From assembly GCA_049510745.1 (NCBI GenBank), contig JBEKYR010000009.1, positions 83,487 to 147,486 on the forward strand: 64,000 bases of DNA, in the 5' to 3' direction. Under the pieces are notes generated by a model. The model was not told where the DNA came from, made no database searches, and was given only the letters and a program-made list of their open reading frames with translations. How positions within the stretch are numbered: position 1 is the stretch's first letter; each line of letters opens with the position of its first letter. The translations under genes were made by a program, and so were the position numbers. Shown piece by piece: positions 20,001 to 29,504 of this stretch. The stretch is from Verrucomicrobiota bacterium (GTDB lineage: Bacteria; Verrucomicrobiota; Verrucomicrobiia; Limisphaerales; Palsa-1400).

Positions 20001-20507
20001 CGGGCGCGCGGCGAAGTTGCTCTTATAGTCGTCCAGGAAAGGGCCGTCCCACTGGATGGGCGCGACGGCGGCGGAAAGCGATTGGACTTGGGCGATGGCC
20101 CGGGCGTCGCCATAGACAAGATAGGCGTTGTGCGGAATGTAACTGACGATTTGCAGGCGCGCGTCGAGCAGGGCCTGGCGCCAGGCGGGCTGCACCGGCC
20201 CCGCGAAATGCACCAGGCGCAGGCGTTTGCCGGGGAACGAGCCGGCGGCCCGGCCGAGCGACTGGACTTGCGGCTGGGAAGTGTCGAGGCGCCCGGCATT
20301 GAGGAGGATGGAATTGTAAATGTCCCGCACCACAAGGCCGTTGGTTCGCGGTGTTTCAAAGAGTTGATAGCCCCCGTAGTCCGCAATCAATCGTCCGCCC
20401 TGCGCCGCGAGGGCGCGCGCCACAGCGGGATCGTTGACCTGGACTTTGTGAGCCAGAGCCGGCAAAGCCAGCAGAGCCAGAGCCAGGGAGAGGCGCGCTC
20501 GCTTCAT
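17004..20507 (-). CDS. Secreted S8 (subtilisin-like) serine peptidase, multidomain
   Basis: Signal peptide at 20507 (ATGA overlap with mutS); catalytic DSGID, HGT, AAGN and SGTS motifs; beta-rich C-terminal domains. Confidence 0.9.
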   Translation of the reverse strand: MKRARLSLALALLALPALAHKVQVNDPAVARALAAQGGRLIADYGGYQLFETPRTNGLVVRDIYNSILLNAGRLDTSQPQVQSLGRAAGSFPGKRLRLVHFAGPVQPAWRQALLDARLQIVSYIPHNAYLVYGDARAIAQVQSLSAAVAPIQWDGPFLDDYKSNFAARPAEAAPYAIQLVADATANAATLKLLEPPIQQRRVLQYLNVIARLKPADVKALAARPDVISIRPFLAPKKLCERQDQIVAGNLSGNVPSGPGYLAWLAGKGFTQEQFTASAFVVDVTDSGIDDGTTTPNHFGLYSEGETNAASRVVYSRLEGTPNAGSTLKGCDGHGTLNAHIIGGYDNASGYPFADNAGYHYGLGVCPFVQLGSSVIFDPDYPTGNLSFSQLQDQAYQDGARVSNNSWGYGNANGDYGIASQEFDALVRDAQPAGSPYPATGNQEMVIVFAAGNSGPGAQTPDEPATAKNVIAVGGADNVQPFGGYDECNIGDNQAGSANEILDISSRGPCADGRHKPDLVAPSTHVSGGVVQAGDPGSFGTADSCYNGDSVCGGVGSTYYPPGQQFYTASSGTSHSTACVAGGCALLRQYFLNQSFLPPSPAMTKAWLMNSARYLTGVTANDTLWSDAQGMGELDLGAAFDGVPRIVRDQLGVDTFTESGQTRAFSGSVADTNLPFRVTVAWTDAPGSTIGAAYNNDLDLTVSIGGQTYLGNVFSNAWSAAGGAPDPANNVESVFLPPGAAGNFTVTVAATSLNSIGVPNGSNGLAQDFALVIDNAAGAGPPVIVPAGAVVAAENCLPANGLIDPGETVTVRFALQNLGTVNTTNLAATLLSGGGVLSPGGPVACGVLPAGGAPVEAAFSFTAGGECGGTLTATLQLQDGPASLGSVNFTFPLGQFVPLIDLTQNFDAVTPPALPSGWTTAVTGGQIPWVTTNNSADSPPNSAFATAVTNAGIAELLSPSIPIATAAAQVVFRHSINLEINPYDMAEAFDGGVLEIQIGTNAFSDLLAAGGVFLTNGYAQTIASDTGNPLAGRAAWSGDSGGFITTVASLPAAAAGQNIQLKWRCATDIGNAYGSVGWWVDTIAVNDGGSNVCCNGPWAPTLANPLLLGGNFTFSFQTVSNQTYTVEYNNALTNAMWTPLQSFTGDGSVRVVTNGVASLQGYYRVASP

Positions 20508-23059
20508 GCGAACAAATCCATCTGCGGCGGCGGGCCGAGCTTTTTCAATTTTTCCGCTTCGGCGTGGCGGGGATGACGGCGCACCTTGCCTTCGGGCGTC
20601 AATTCGGATTCTTCCAGATTGGCCAGGATTTCCTTGGCGCGGTCGATGACGCCCTTGGGGACGCCGGCCAGGCGGGCGACCTGGATGCCGTAACTCTTGT
20701 CGGTCGCGCCCGCCGTGATTTTGCGCAGGAAGACGATCTGGTCGTTCCATTCGCGGACGGCGACGTTGAAGTTTTGCACCCGCGGGAGGCGGGCGGCCAG
20801 TTCGGTCAACTCGTGATAGTGGGTGGCGAAGAGGGTTTTGGCGCCGACGGCATTGTGCAAATGCTCGACAACGGACCAGGCCAGGCTCAACCCGTCGAAG
20901 GTGCTGGTGCCGCGCCCAATTTCGTCAAGAATAACAAGGCCGCGGGCGGTGGCGTTGTTGAGGATGTCGGCCGTTTCGCTCATTTCCACCATGAAGGTGG
21001 ATTGGCCGCGGGCCAGGTCGTCGCTCGCGCCGATGCGGGTGAAAATCCGGTCGATCAACCCGATCCGCGCCGCCGTGGCCGGCACGAAGCAACCGGCGTG
21101 GGCCAGCAAAACAATGAGCGCGACCTGCCGGATGTAGGTGCTTTTGCCCGCCATGTTCGGGCCGGTAATGAGCATCATTTGCTGCCGGGCGTGATCCAGA
21201 AAGGCGTCGTTGGGGACAAACCGTTCCCCGGCCAGGGTTTGCTCGAGCACCGGATGGCGTCCGTCGCGAATGTCGATCGTGCCGTCCGCCGCGATTTCCG
21301 GCTGGCAATAATTGTAGAGGCGCGCCGTCTCGGCGAACGCGGCCAGCACGTCCAGCGGCGCCAGCGCCGCGGCGCTTTGCTGCAAACGCGGCAACTGCTC
21401 CAGCACCTGTTCGCGCACCCGCTGGAACAACTCGTACTCCAGCCGCACGCTCCGCTCCTCCGCCCCGAGGATTTTCGCCTCCTTCTCCTTCAACTCCGGC
21501 GTGATGAACCGTTCGCCCCCGGCGATGGTCTGCTTGCGCACGTAATGGGCGGGGACCCTGTCGAGATTGGACTTCGTCACCTCGATGTAATAGCCGAAAA
21601 CGGAATTGAACCGCACTTTCAACGACGCGATGCCGGTGCGGGCGATCTCGTCGCGTTGCAGTTGGGCGATCCAATCTTTCCCGTCGCGCGTGGCGTGCCG
21701 CAATTCGTCCAGGCTGGGATCGAACCCGTCGCGAATCAGCCCGCCTTCCTTGACCGCCAGCGGCGGCTCCTCGACGATGGCGCGGGCGATCAATTCGACC
21801 AGGTCCGGGGCTTCGGCCAGTTGTCCGGCCAATTCGTCGATCAAATCGGGGCGGCGCGGCGCCTCCTCCTGGAGAGTGGGCAACTGCGGCGGGGACCCCG
21901 GCGGTTGCAGGCGGGCGAGAAGCTGCTTGAGGGCGGGAATTTTTTCCAAACCCCGCCGCAGCGCCAGCAGGTCGCGCCCATTGCCCGAACCGGCAGTCAG
22001 CCGGCCCAGGGTGCGTTCCAGGTCGCGCACCTCGGCCAGTTCGCGCCGGAACTCGTCCAGCAGCGCGGTGTTGTCCAGCCAGAGCCGGACGGCGTCGAGC
22101 CGGCGCAAAATGGGCGCGGCGGTGGCCAGGGGCTGGCTGAGCCAGTCGCGCAAGCGGCGCGCGCCCATGGGAGTGACGGTGCGGTTGAGCGCGCCGTAAA
22201 GGCAGGCCTGGCGCGGCGCGTCGGCGGGGCGCGGTTCGAGGATTTCGAGATTCCGCAGCGAGGTGGAATCCAGCGTCATGAAATCGGTGCATTGATGGAA
22301 GGAAAGGCGGGTCAGGGCCGAAACATCGCGCCGCAAATGTTGCGTCAAGTAATGAATCACCGCCCCCGTCGCGCCCACGGCCGCCGGGCGGTCCTTCAGC
22401 CCGAAACCGTCGAGCGAGGCGACCTTGAAATGCTCGCGCACGGTGAACTGGGCGGTTTCGGGCGCAAAGACCCAGTCCTCGTACGGGTTCAACACGGCGG
22501 AATGGCCGCGGGCGATGGCGGCGAGATTTTCGGCGGCGGCGGGAAAAATGATTTCCGCCGGGCGCAGCCGTTCCAATTCGGCGCGCAAGGCGGGTTCGCC
22601 TTCGACCTGGGTGGCGGTGAAATCGCCGGTGGTCAGGTCCGCGGCGGCCAGCCCGAAGACTTTGCCGCAGGCGCAGAGGGCGGCCAGGAAATTATTCCGT
22701 TCCGGGGCCAGGAGCCGCTCGTCGAAGTGCGCGCCCGGGCTGAGAATCTGGGTGACCTCGCGCTTGACCAATTGGCCGGGCCGCGCCTCCTCCAACTGGT
22801 CGCAAATGGCGACCTTGCGGCCCGCCTTCAGCAGCCGGGCGATGTAGCCGGGGGCGGCGTGAAAAGGGATGCCGCACATGGGAACGTCGCCGCGCCGGGT
22901 CAGGGCGACATTGAGCAAGGGCGCGCCGACCTTGGCGTCGTCGAAAAACATTTCATAAAAATCCCCCAGGCGGAACAGCAAGAGGGCTTCCCGCGGCAGT
23001 TCGCCCTTGATGCGGCGATACTGCGCCATCATCGGCGTCAACTGTGTATCCTGGCCCAA
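20504..23059 (-). CDS. mutS: DNA mismatch repair protein MutS
   Basis: TPMMAQY, GDFYEMF, GPNMAGKST, STFMVEM and DEIGRGTST motifs. Confidence 0.97.
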   Translation of the reverse strand: MGQDTQLTPMMAQYRRIKGELPREALLLFRLGDFYEMFFDDAKVGAPLLNVALTRRGDVPMCGIPFHAAPGYIARLLKAGRKVAICDQLEEARPGQLVKREVTQILSPGAHFDERLLAPERNNFLAALCACGKVFGLAAADLTTGDFTATQVEGEPALRAELERLRPAEIIFPAAAENLAAIARGHSAVLNPYEDWVFAPETAQFTVREHFKVASLDGFGLKDRPAAVGATGAVIHYLTQHLRRDVSALTRLSFHQCTDFMTLDSTSLRNLEILEPRPADAPRQACLYGALNRTVTPMGARRLRDWLSQPLATAAPILRRLDAVRLWLDNTALLDEFRRELAEVRDLERTLGRLTAGSGNGRDLLALRRGLEKIPALKQLLARLQPPGSPPQLPTLQEEAPRRPDLIDELAGQLAEAPDLVELIARAIVEEPPLAVKEGGLIRDGFDPSLDELRHATRDGKDWIAQLQRDEIARTGIASLKVRFNSVFGYYIEVTKSNLDRVPAHYVRKQTIAGGERFITPELKEKEAKILGAEERSVRLEYELFQRVREQVLEQLPRLQQSAAALAPLDVLAAFAETARLYNYCQPEIAADGTIDIRDGRHPVLEQTLAGERFVPNDAFLDHARQQMMLITGPNMAGKSTYIRQVALIVLLAHAGCFVPATAARIGLIDRIFTRIGASDDLARGQSTFMVEMSETADILNNATARGLVILDEIGRGTSTFDGLSLAWSVVEHLHNAVGAKTLFATHYHELTELAARLPRVQNFNVAVREWNDQIVFLRKITAGATDKSYGIQVARLAGVPKGVIDRAKEILANLEESELTPEGKVRRHPRHAEAEKLKKLGPPPQMDLFA

Positions 23060-23216
23060 GCGCGCCCAGTCTAAATATGCCCGGCGCGAGTGTCGAAAGA
23101 AAAGGGCGCGCGATTGAGGCGGTCGGTCAATCCCTCGGCAGGGTCTTTTCCTAATCGAATCGAATCCGACCGGGAGACCGGCCGTTGGCGCCCAAAATCG
23201 GTCAGCACTGGTACCG

Positions 23217-23969
23217 CTAACGGGGCGCTTGCAGTTCGTAATTGATGATTGACAGGGCGTAAACCGCCGCCGTTTCGCTGCGCAGGACCAGCGGGCCGAG
23301 TGTCATGGGCAACGCGCCGGCGTTTTTGATCGCGTCCATCTCCAAGGGCGCAAAATCGCCCTCCGGACCAATCCAAACGCAGACGCTGGCCGGGCGGCTT
23401 TGCCGCGCGCGCTCGAAAGCCGCGAAGTATTCGCGGGCGTGCCGGCGGTCTTCCTCCAGCGAACCGACCAGGGCCAAATCGAATCGTTCGCCGCGGGCCA
23501 GCCAGGCCGGCAACGTGACCGGCGCTTCGACCCGCGGCAGCCAGCGCTGGCCGCATTGTTTGATGGCTTCCACGGCGGTCTGCTGCCATTTCTCCCGCTT
23601 GTGTTCCGCCGCCTCGCCTTCCAAGCGGGTGGCGACCCGCTCGGACAGCAGCGGCACCACACGCCACACTCCCAGTTCGGTCGCCTTTTGCACGATGGCG
23701 TCGAAAATATGGCCCTTGGGGATGGCTTGCACCAGGGTGATGCGGCACGCCGGGGCGGGTTCGCGAACAAAATTTTCCACCTCGAGAGAAATTTTTTTCC
23801 GTTCGACGGCGCCAACCCGGCAGATGAATTCGCCGCCGACGCCGTCCAGCACCGTCACGCGTTCACCGGGTCTGAGCCGCAAGACATCCGCCGCGTGATG
23901 CGCTTCGCCGCCGGTCAAGGCCAGGCGGTCGGACTGGCATTGTTCCGGCGGCAGATGGAAACGGCGCAT
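23217..23969 (-). CDS. rsmE: 16S rRNA m3U1498 methyltransferase
   Basis: H..VLRL, KATELGV, EAIKQCG, IGPEGDF and LGPLVLRSETA motifs. Confidence 0.93.
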   Translation of the reverse strand: MRRFHLPPEQCQSDRLALTGGEAHHAADVLRLRPGERVTVLDGVGGEFICRVGAVERKKISLEVENFVREPAPACRITLVQAIPKGHIFDAIVQKATELGVWRVVPLLSERVATRLEGEAAEHKREKWQQTAVEAIKQCGQRWLPRVEAPVTLPAWLARGERFDLALVGSLEEDRRHAREYFAAFERARQSRPASVCVWIGPEGDFAPLEMDAIKNAGALPMTLGPLVLRSETAAVYALSIINYELQAPR

Positions 23970-23977
23970 GAGGCGAG

Positions 23978-25096
23978 TCAACTAAACAGGCTTTTGGCCC
24001 TTTCGATGAAACTCTGGCGCATGGGGTGGACGGTCTCGTCGCAGAGTTTGGCAAACTCATCCAGCTTGGCGCGCTGGGCGGCGTTCAAATGGGCCGGCAC
24101 CTCGATCTGCACCCGCGCCAGCAAATCCCCCGTGCCGTAGCCCTGGACATTCCTGATGCCTTTGCCTTTGAGCCGAAAGACGGTGCCGGGCTGGGTGCCG
24201 GGTGGCACCTTGATGTCCGCGCTGTCCCTCAAGGTCGGCACCGAGATGACCGCGCCCAAAGCCGCCTGGGCAAAACTGATCGGCACCTCGCACAGCAAAT
24301 CGTCGCCCTCGCGCTGGAAAATTTCATGACGCTTGACATGCAATACGACGTATAAATCGCCGGGCGGACCCCCGCGAACGCCCGCCTCCCCGTTTCCTGT
24401 CGAGCGCAGGCGCGAGCCGCCATCGACCCCGGCGGGGACCTTGATTTTGATTTTCGACGCCCGCTCGCGGCGTCCGGCTCCGCCGCAAGCCCGGCACGGT
24501 CTATCGACCACCCGCCCGCGTCCTTCGCAACGCGGGCAGGTCTGGGCAATGCTGAAGATGCCGCGCGAACTGATGACCTGGCCGCGTCCGCCGCAGGTGG
24601 AACAGACTTTGGTGATGGCGCCCGGCTCGGCCCCGCTGCCCCGGCAAGAGTCGCACTCGCCCAGTTTCGTCAGTGCGATTTCCTTTTCGCAGCCTTGCGC
24701 CGCTTCCAGGAACGTCAATTCCATGTCGTAGCGCAAGTCGTCCCCGCGCTCGGCGCCGCCCGGCCGCCGTTCCCCGCCGCCAAAGAGGTCGTCGAAGATG
24801 CTCGAATTGCCAAAGACTTCCCGGAAGATGTCCGCCGGATCGTGGAACCCGCCGCGGGCGCGGGCGCGCGAGTCAAAGGCGGCATGACCGTATTGATCGT
24901 AAGCGGCGCGGGTTTGGGGATCGCTTAGAATTTCGTAGGCGTGGCCCAACTCCTTGAATTTTTCCTCCGCCACCTTGTCGTTGGGGTTGCGGTCGGGATG
25001 ATACTTGAGCGCCAGTTTGCGATAGGCCTTCTTGATCTCCTCCACGTCCGCGCCGCGGTCCACCCCCAGGACTTCGTAACAATCTCGTTTTGACAT
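23978..25096 (-). CDS. dnaJ: Chaperone DnaJ
   Basis: J domain with HPD; four CxxCxGxG repeats. Confidence 0.97.
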   Translation of the reverse strand: MSKRDCYEVLGVDRGADVEEIKKAYRKLALKYHPDRNPNDKVAEEKFKELGHAYEILSDPQTRAAYDQYGHAAFDSRARARGGFHDPADIFREVFGNSSIFDDLFGGGERRPGGAERGDDLRYDMELTFLEAAQGCEKEIALTKLGECDSCRGSGAEPGAITKVCSTCGGRGQVISSRGIFSIAQTCPRCEGRGRVVDRPCRACGGAGRRERASKIKIKVPAGVDGGSRLRSTGNGEAGVRGGPPGDLYVVLHVKRHEIFQREGDDLLCEVPISFAQAALGAVISVPTLRDSADIKVPPGTQPGTVFRLKGKGIRNVQGYGTGDLLARVQIEVPAHLNAAQRAKLDEFAKLCDETVHPMRQSFIERAKSLFS

Positions 25097-25102
25097 ACGC
25101 GG

Positions 25103-25669
25103 TTAAGCGGCCGGCTTTTTGGCCACGATCACCCCCGCCGGACGGAGCAGCCGGTGGCGGAAACGGTATCCCTTGCGCACCTGCCGCACCACCTGCCCCT
25201 CGGGCGCCTCCCCGGTTTCGACTTGCGAGACCGCCTCATGCACGTTGGGATCAAACCGCTTGCCCGCCGCTTCGATTTCCTCCAGGCCCGCTTCGGCCAG
25301 GGCGGATTTGAGCTGCTGCGAAATCAGGGCAATGCCGGCCTGCAACGAGGCGGCCGCCGGCGGCTCCGTGGCGGCGGCGGCCAGGGCCATTTCAAAGGCG
25401 TCCAGCACCGGGAGCAGTTTAACCAGCAAATTCTCATTGGCGAAAGCGATCCCCTCCTGCCGCTCGCGCGCGGCGCGCTTTTTGTAATTCTCCAAATCGG
25501 CCGTCTGGCGCAACAGCCGGTCCCAATACTCATCGGCCTTCGCCGCCCGTTCCCTGAGTTGCTCGATCTGCCCCGGCGTCGGCGTCACCAGCGCCGGCAA
25601 TTGTTCCGCGGCCGCCGCCGCTCCGGCCTCGCCGGCGTCTTTTTCCTTCTTCTTTTCTTTATGATCCAT
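25103..25669 (-). CDS. grpE: Nucleotide exchange factor GrpE
   Basis: ADLENYKKR, LLPVLD, FDPNVHEAV and GY...RLLRPA.V motifs; start trimmed to ATG 25669. Confidence 0.93.
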   Translation of the reverse strand: MDHKEKKKEKDAGEAGAAAAAEQLPALVTPTPGQIEQLRERAAKADEYWDRLLRQTADLENYKKRAARERQEGIAFANENLLVKLLPVLDAFEMALAAAATEPPAAASLQAGIALISQQLKSALAEAGLEEIEAAGKRFDPNVHEAVSQVETGEAPEGQVVRQVRKGYRFRHRLLRPAGVIVAKKPAA

Positions 25670-25710
25670 CCTAGAGCAATAAAGCATCTCCGCCTTCGTT
25701 TCAACCCTCC

Positions 25711-26493
25711 TTACAGCGAGAAGGTGGGACAGGGCACATCCTGGAAGGTGGAAAAAATGCCCACGTGCGCTCCGCCGGCCCGCTCCAGGCGGCTCGCCAC
25801 GACTTGCCGGGCCAGTTCCGGGTTGTTGCAATCCCGGCTCAGGTGCCCCAGATAAAGCTGCCGCAAGCCGGGCGAAAGGATTTGCTCGGCCACGTCGGCC
25901 GCCCCGTCATTGGAGAGGTGCCCGTGGCGGCTCAAAATCCGCTGCTTGAGACTCCACGGACGCCGGGGGTCATCCTTCAACATTTTCAAATCGTGGTTAG
26001 CCTCCAGCAAAACCACGTTGGCGATCCGGAGCCGTTCCACCACCAGCTTGGTCACATGCCCAAGATCGGTCAGAAATCCGATGTTGCCCGCCGCTGTCCG
26101 CACCAGAAAACCGACCGGATCGCAGGCGTCGTGCGGCACCGGAAAAGTGTCCACGGTCACGTCGCCGATGGCAAAAGAGCCGCCGGTGCAGAAGAGGCGG
26201 GCGTCGATCCGGATTTGCAACTGCGCTTCGATGGCTTCCCTGGTCAGCCGGTTGCAATAGACGGGCAGCTCCAGCTTCGCGGCCAATCCGACCAACCCGG
26301 AGACATGGTCGGAGTGTTCGTGCGTGATGAGGATGCCCTGGAGGGTTTCCGGCGCCCGCCCGATCGTGGCCAGACGCTGCCGGATTTGCCGCCCGGTAAA
26401 ACCGGCATCAATCAAAAGGCGGGTTTCGCCCGTCTCCAAATACGCGCAATTGCCCCCCGACCCGCTCCCCAGAATGGTTAAATGCACTGGCAC
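25711..26493 (-). CDS. MBL-fold metallo-hydrolase (YycJ/WalJ-like)
   Basis: GSGSGGN, THEHSDH, HDA, TDLG, EANHD, GHLSN and HLS motifs. Confidence 0.88.
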   Translation of the reverse strand: MPVHLTILGSGSGGNCAYLETGETRLLIDAGFTGRQIRQRLATIGRAPETLQGILITHEHSDHVSGLVGLAAKLELPVYCNRLTREAIEAQLQIRIDARLFCTGGSFAIGDVTVDTFPVPHDACDPVGFLVRTAAGNIGFLTDLGHVTKLVVERLRIANVVLLEANHDLKMLKDDPRRPWSLKQRILSRHGHLSNDGAADVAEQILSPGLRQLYLGHLSRDCNNPELARQVVASRLERAGGAHVGIFSTFQDVPCPTFSL

Positions 26494-26555
26494 GGCTCGA
26501 CCTTAAGAGCGCGGTTTGCGGCCAGCAATCTTTTTCTGAAAATTCCACTTCGCGC

Positions 26556-26583
26556 TTGAGAAAAGTGGATTTCGCGCTAAAAT
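26556..26583 (+). promoter_or_regulatory. Sigma70-type promoter of rpoN
   Basis: TTGAGA-N16-TAAAAT; ATG 7 nt downstream at 26591. Confidence 0.5.
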
Positions 26584-26590
26584 GCCGCCG

Positions 26591-28096
26591 ATGTCACAGG
26601 GCTTGCATTTATCGCAAAAGATGTCGCTCTCGCAGGTGCTGGCGCCGCAATTGCAGCAGTCGCTGGCCCTGCTCCAAGCGCCCACTCTGGAGTTGAAGGC
26701 TCTGGTCGAACAGGAATTGCAGCAGAATCCTATTCTTGAGGAAGTCCCCGCCGCCGAAGTCGAACTCAACGAGCGCGTCAAGGAGGACGGCGTCCGTGAC
26801 AGCGCCGCCGACGCCGCCGACCTGGCCGAACCGCCGCCGGACGTGAAGTTCGATCCCGCGACCGAGAAACCGAGCAACGCCCCGGTGGACGATTTCCAGG
26901 CCGAGTTCGAGCGCCTGACCCAGGTGGACCAGGAATGGCGCGATCATTTCGCCCAAACCAACCTCCCCGTCCGCCAAAGCCAGGAAGCCGAGGAACGCCG
27001 CCAGTTCATGTTCGATTCCCTCGTCGCCGGCACTTCCCTGCAAGAGAGCCTCCTGGAACAAATGCGCTTCTCCGACCTCACCCCGGAGCAGAAGTCCATC
27101 GCCGAGATGATCATCGGCAACATCGACGACGTCGGCTACCTCAAGGCCAGCGTCGATGAACTCTCCTTTGCCACCGGCACCCCAACCGACAAAATCATCG
27201 CCGTCCTCAAGGTCATTCAAGGCTTTCATCCCCCGGGCGTCGCCGCCCGCGACCTGCGCGAATGCCTCCTGCTCCAATTGGAGCGCGCCGGACACGAAAA
27301 ATCCCTCGAATACCGCATCATCCGCGATTTCATGGACGCCTTGGGCAAACGCAAGCTCCCCGAAATCGCCCGCGGCCTGGCCGTTTCCGTCGAACAAGTC
27401 CAGGCCGCCTTCGAGCGCATCAAGTGCCTGGAGTTCCATCCCGGCCGCGAGTACCTGCCCGACAACGACCGCTACATATTGCCCGAGGTCTTCGTCCAGA
27501 AGGTCGGCGACGACTACGTCGTCACCACCAACAACGAACAAATTCCCCACCTGCGCATCAGCAACCAATACAAGGATTTGATGTCCCAGCCCGACGCCTC
27601 GGCCGAGGTGCGCGATTACATCCGCGACAAGATTCGCGCCGGGAAATTCCTCATCAAGAGCTTGCAACAGCGGCAGCAGACCATTTTGAACATTGGCAAC
27701 GAGATCGTCAAACGCCAGAAGGAGTTCATGCAGAAAGGCCGCGCCTTCCTCAAGCCCATGACCATGGTCCAGGTCGCCGAAGTGGTGGGCGTCCACGAAA
27801 CCACCGTCAGCCGCGCCGTCTCCAACAAATATATCGACACCCCCCAGGGCCTCTTCGAGATGAAATACTTTTTCACCTCCGGCATACAAACCGACGCCGG
27901 CAGCGACGTATCCAACACCAGCGTCAAGGACATGGTTTCGGAGATGTTCAAGGGCGAGAACCCGGCCAAGCCGCTATCCGACCAGGAAATCGTCAAAATG
28001 CTCAAGGAAAAAGGGATCGTCATCGCCCGCCGCACCGTGGCCAAGTATCGCGCCGAGTTGAACATCCTCCCCTCGAACCTGCGCAAGGTCTATTGA
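26591..28096 (+). CDS. rpoN: RNA polymerase sigma-54 factor
   Basis: Gln/Leu-rich region I, HETTVSRA and RpoN box ARRTVAKYR. Confidence 0.97.
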   Translation: MSQGLHLSQKMSLSQVLAPQLQQSLALLQAPTLELKALVEQELQQNPILEEVPAAEVELNERVKEDGVRDSAADAADLAEPPPDVKFDPATEKPSNAPVDDFQAEFERLTQVDQEWRDHFAQTNLPVRQSQEAEERRQFMFDSLVAGTSLQESLLEQMRFSDLTPEQKSIAEMIIGNIDDVGYLKASVDELSFATGTPTDKIIAVLKVIQGFHPPGVAARDLRECLLLQLERAGHEKSLEYRIIRDFMDALGKRKLPEIARGLAVSVEQVQAAFERIKCLEFHPGREYLPDNDRYILPEVFVQKVGDDYVVTTNNEQIPHLRISNQYKDLMSQPDASAEVRDYIRDKIRAGKFLIKSLQQRQQTILNIGNEIVKRQKEFMQKGRAFLKPMTMVQVAEVVGVHETTVSRAVSNKYIDTPQGLFEMKYFFTSGIQTDAGSDVSNTSVKDMVSEMFKGENPAKPLSDQEIVKMLKEKGIVIARRTVAKYRAELNILPSNLRKVY

Positions 28097-28219
28097 GCAA
28101 AACGCTTTCCGGCTTCGGCCATTGTGTTTTATCGTGCGATGCGAGACCCGAGTAAATCCCGTTTTCCGGGCTTGACCCTTTAGGAACCCCTTTACGCCGT
28201 CAAATCAATTGTTGAATGT

Positions 28220-28408
28220 ATGAAGTTGACCCCAATGCTCGCCCCAATGCTCGTGAAGGAGACAGGCCATCAGCACCCACACCTGCAAACCGCCATCAAT
28301 AACTACGGCGGCTTGCTTTTGGCGATGGGCAAAAGCCCGGTGGAGGTCCAGGCGCAACTCAACGCCATCGGAAAACCCTTCGGTATTCAGTTCGGCTCAA
28401 ACGCTTGA
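28220..28408 (+). pseudogene. Orphan C-terminal fragment resembling the tail of NTPase-TPR proteins
   Basis: TGHQHPHLQTAINNYGGLLLAMG motif; 12-bp tandem duplication ccccaatgctcg (28230-28253) at its 5' edge. Confidence 0.5.
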
Positions 28409-28696
28409 ATCATTGCCGTTGACAACCACCAATTTGACTTCTTGAAAGGGGTCAAGCCCGGAATTCGGAACGGCATTCATAATTGCGACATGGCGGCTCG
28501 GTCGTCCGCCCGCCCTATCTGCCTTTCAATCTCGCCAGACCAGGATCAGCGGCTGGTTTAACCCGCCGGATCGTCTGCAATATACGAAACCGGCTTCTTT
28601 TTTTTGCACTGCCATCCTGGAAAGTTTTGTTTTCCTGACAAGATTTTTTTGCCGCAAAAGAACACAGCGCGGCCAGCCGCAACCAAAAAAGGACGG

Positions 28697-28791
28697 ACAG
28701 CATTAACAGGATTAACAGGATTAACAGGATTAAGAATGGATTCAGAAAAAAGAATTCCCCCCTTCATCCTGTCCATCCTGTTCATCCTGTC
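28697..28791. repeat. Hairpin element built of inverted 9-bp tandem arrays
   Basis: ACAGGATTA-type unit four times (28697-28732) facing YCATCCTGT three times (28764-28791). Confidence 0.85.
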
Positions 28792-29130
28792 AAAACTCTT
28801 TTTCCGCGATCTTCTGATGGATTGCAGTCCAAAGGGCCGCCTTCTTGAGCTTTCGTGTTCCTTGTGCCCTTTTGTGGCAATCACTCCCGGTCCAAAAATT
28901 ATTAACAAAAACACTTGCAATCGCTCAAAACTGTGTCATATTTCCAGCCGTGCGGACACGCGCTGTTTGACATAACGCGGAGTCGCCGGGGAGTCGCCTG
29001 CCCGTCCGCCGCGGGACCAGACTCCGCGCGGCCTTAACCGGCCGCAGGCGCCCCAGCCAGTCAGGAACCTGCGTCACCCGCAGGCCAACGCGCCTTTGCG
29101 CGGCTATCCCGAAAGGGTTTGCCGCGTTGA

Positions 29131-29283
29131 GAGGATTTTTGCCGCAAACAAACATAAAGCGCACATAGTCAGTAATTTATATTCTTTTCTTTGTGATCTT
29201 TGTGTTCTCTGCGGTTAAATCCTCTTCGGTTTCGCTTGAAGCCAAAACGGAGCAAGACGGACTAAAACGGAGCAAAACGGAGT
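29131..29283. repeat. Imperfect inverted-repeat element followed by four 10-bp tandem units
   Basis: gaggatttttgccgca...cacatag pairs with ctttgtg...tgcggttaaatcctc; aaaacggagc aagacggact aaaacggagc aaaacggagt at 29244-29283. Confidence 0.7.
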
Positions 29284-29504
29284 ACTTTTTTATTTTGGGT
29301 GCGTCAAGTTTGTGGCGGGAGATTTCATGACAGATCCGCTGCCGCCTGGCGCGGACTTGGCGTGGGTCAGTGCGATTGTTCACCAGAATTCCCGGATTTA
29401 GGCGTTTCATTGTAAAGTGGGGTTGCATGACCGAAAGACCGTTTTGGAACGAACGGCTGGAGTTTGCGGCTCGCGCTGGGATGGTTCTCCATTAGAATCG
29501 TGGG

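Noticed and set aside
20508..20750. N-terminal extension of the S8 protease ORF
   Set aside because: Overlaps mutS out of frame; the signal peptide starts at ATG 20507
17826..23074. Long + strand ORFs (916 aa and 836 aa)
   Set aside because: Antisense shadows of the S8 protease and mutS caused by high GC3; the same applies to the long ORFs opposite leuC, the DEAD helicase, rpoN, clpC and the DUF748 gene
28515..29428. Small ORFs with NPVNPVNPV, LTGLTGLTG or ILSILFIL peptides
   Set aside because: Products of reading through the 9-bp DNA repeats; no start signals or family motifs
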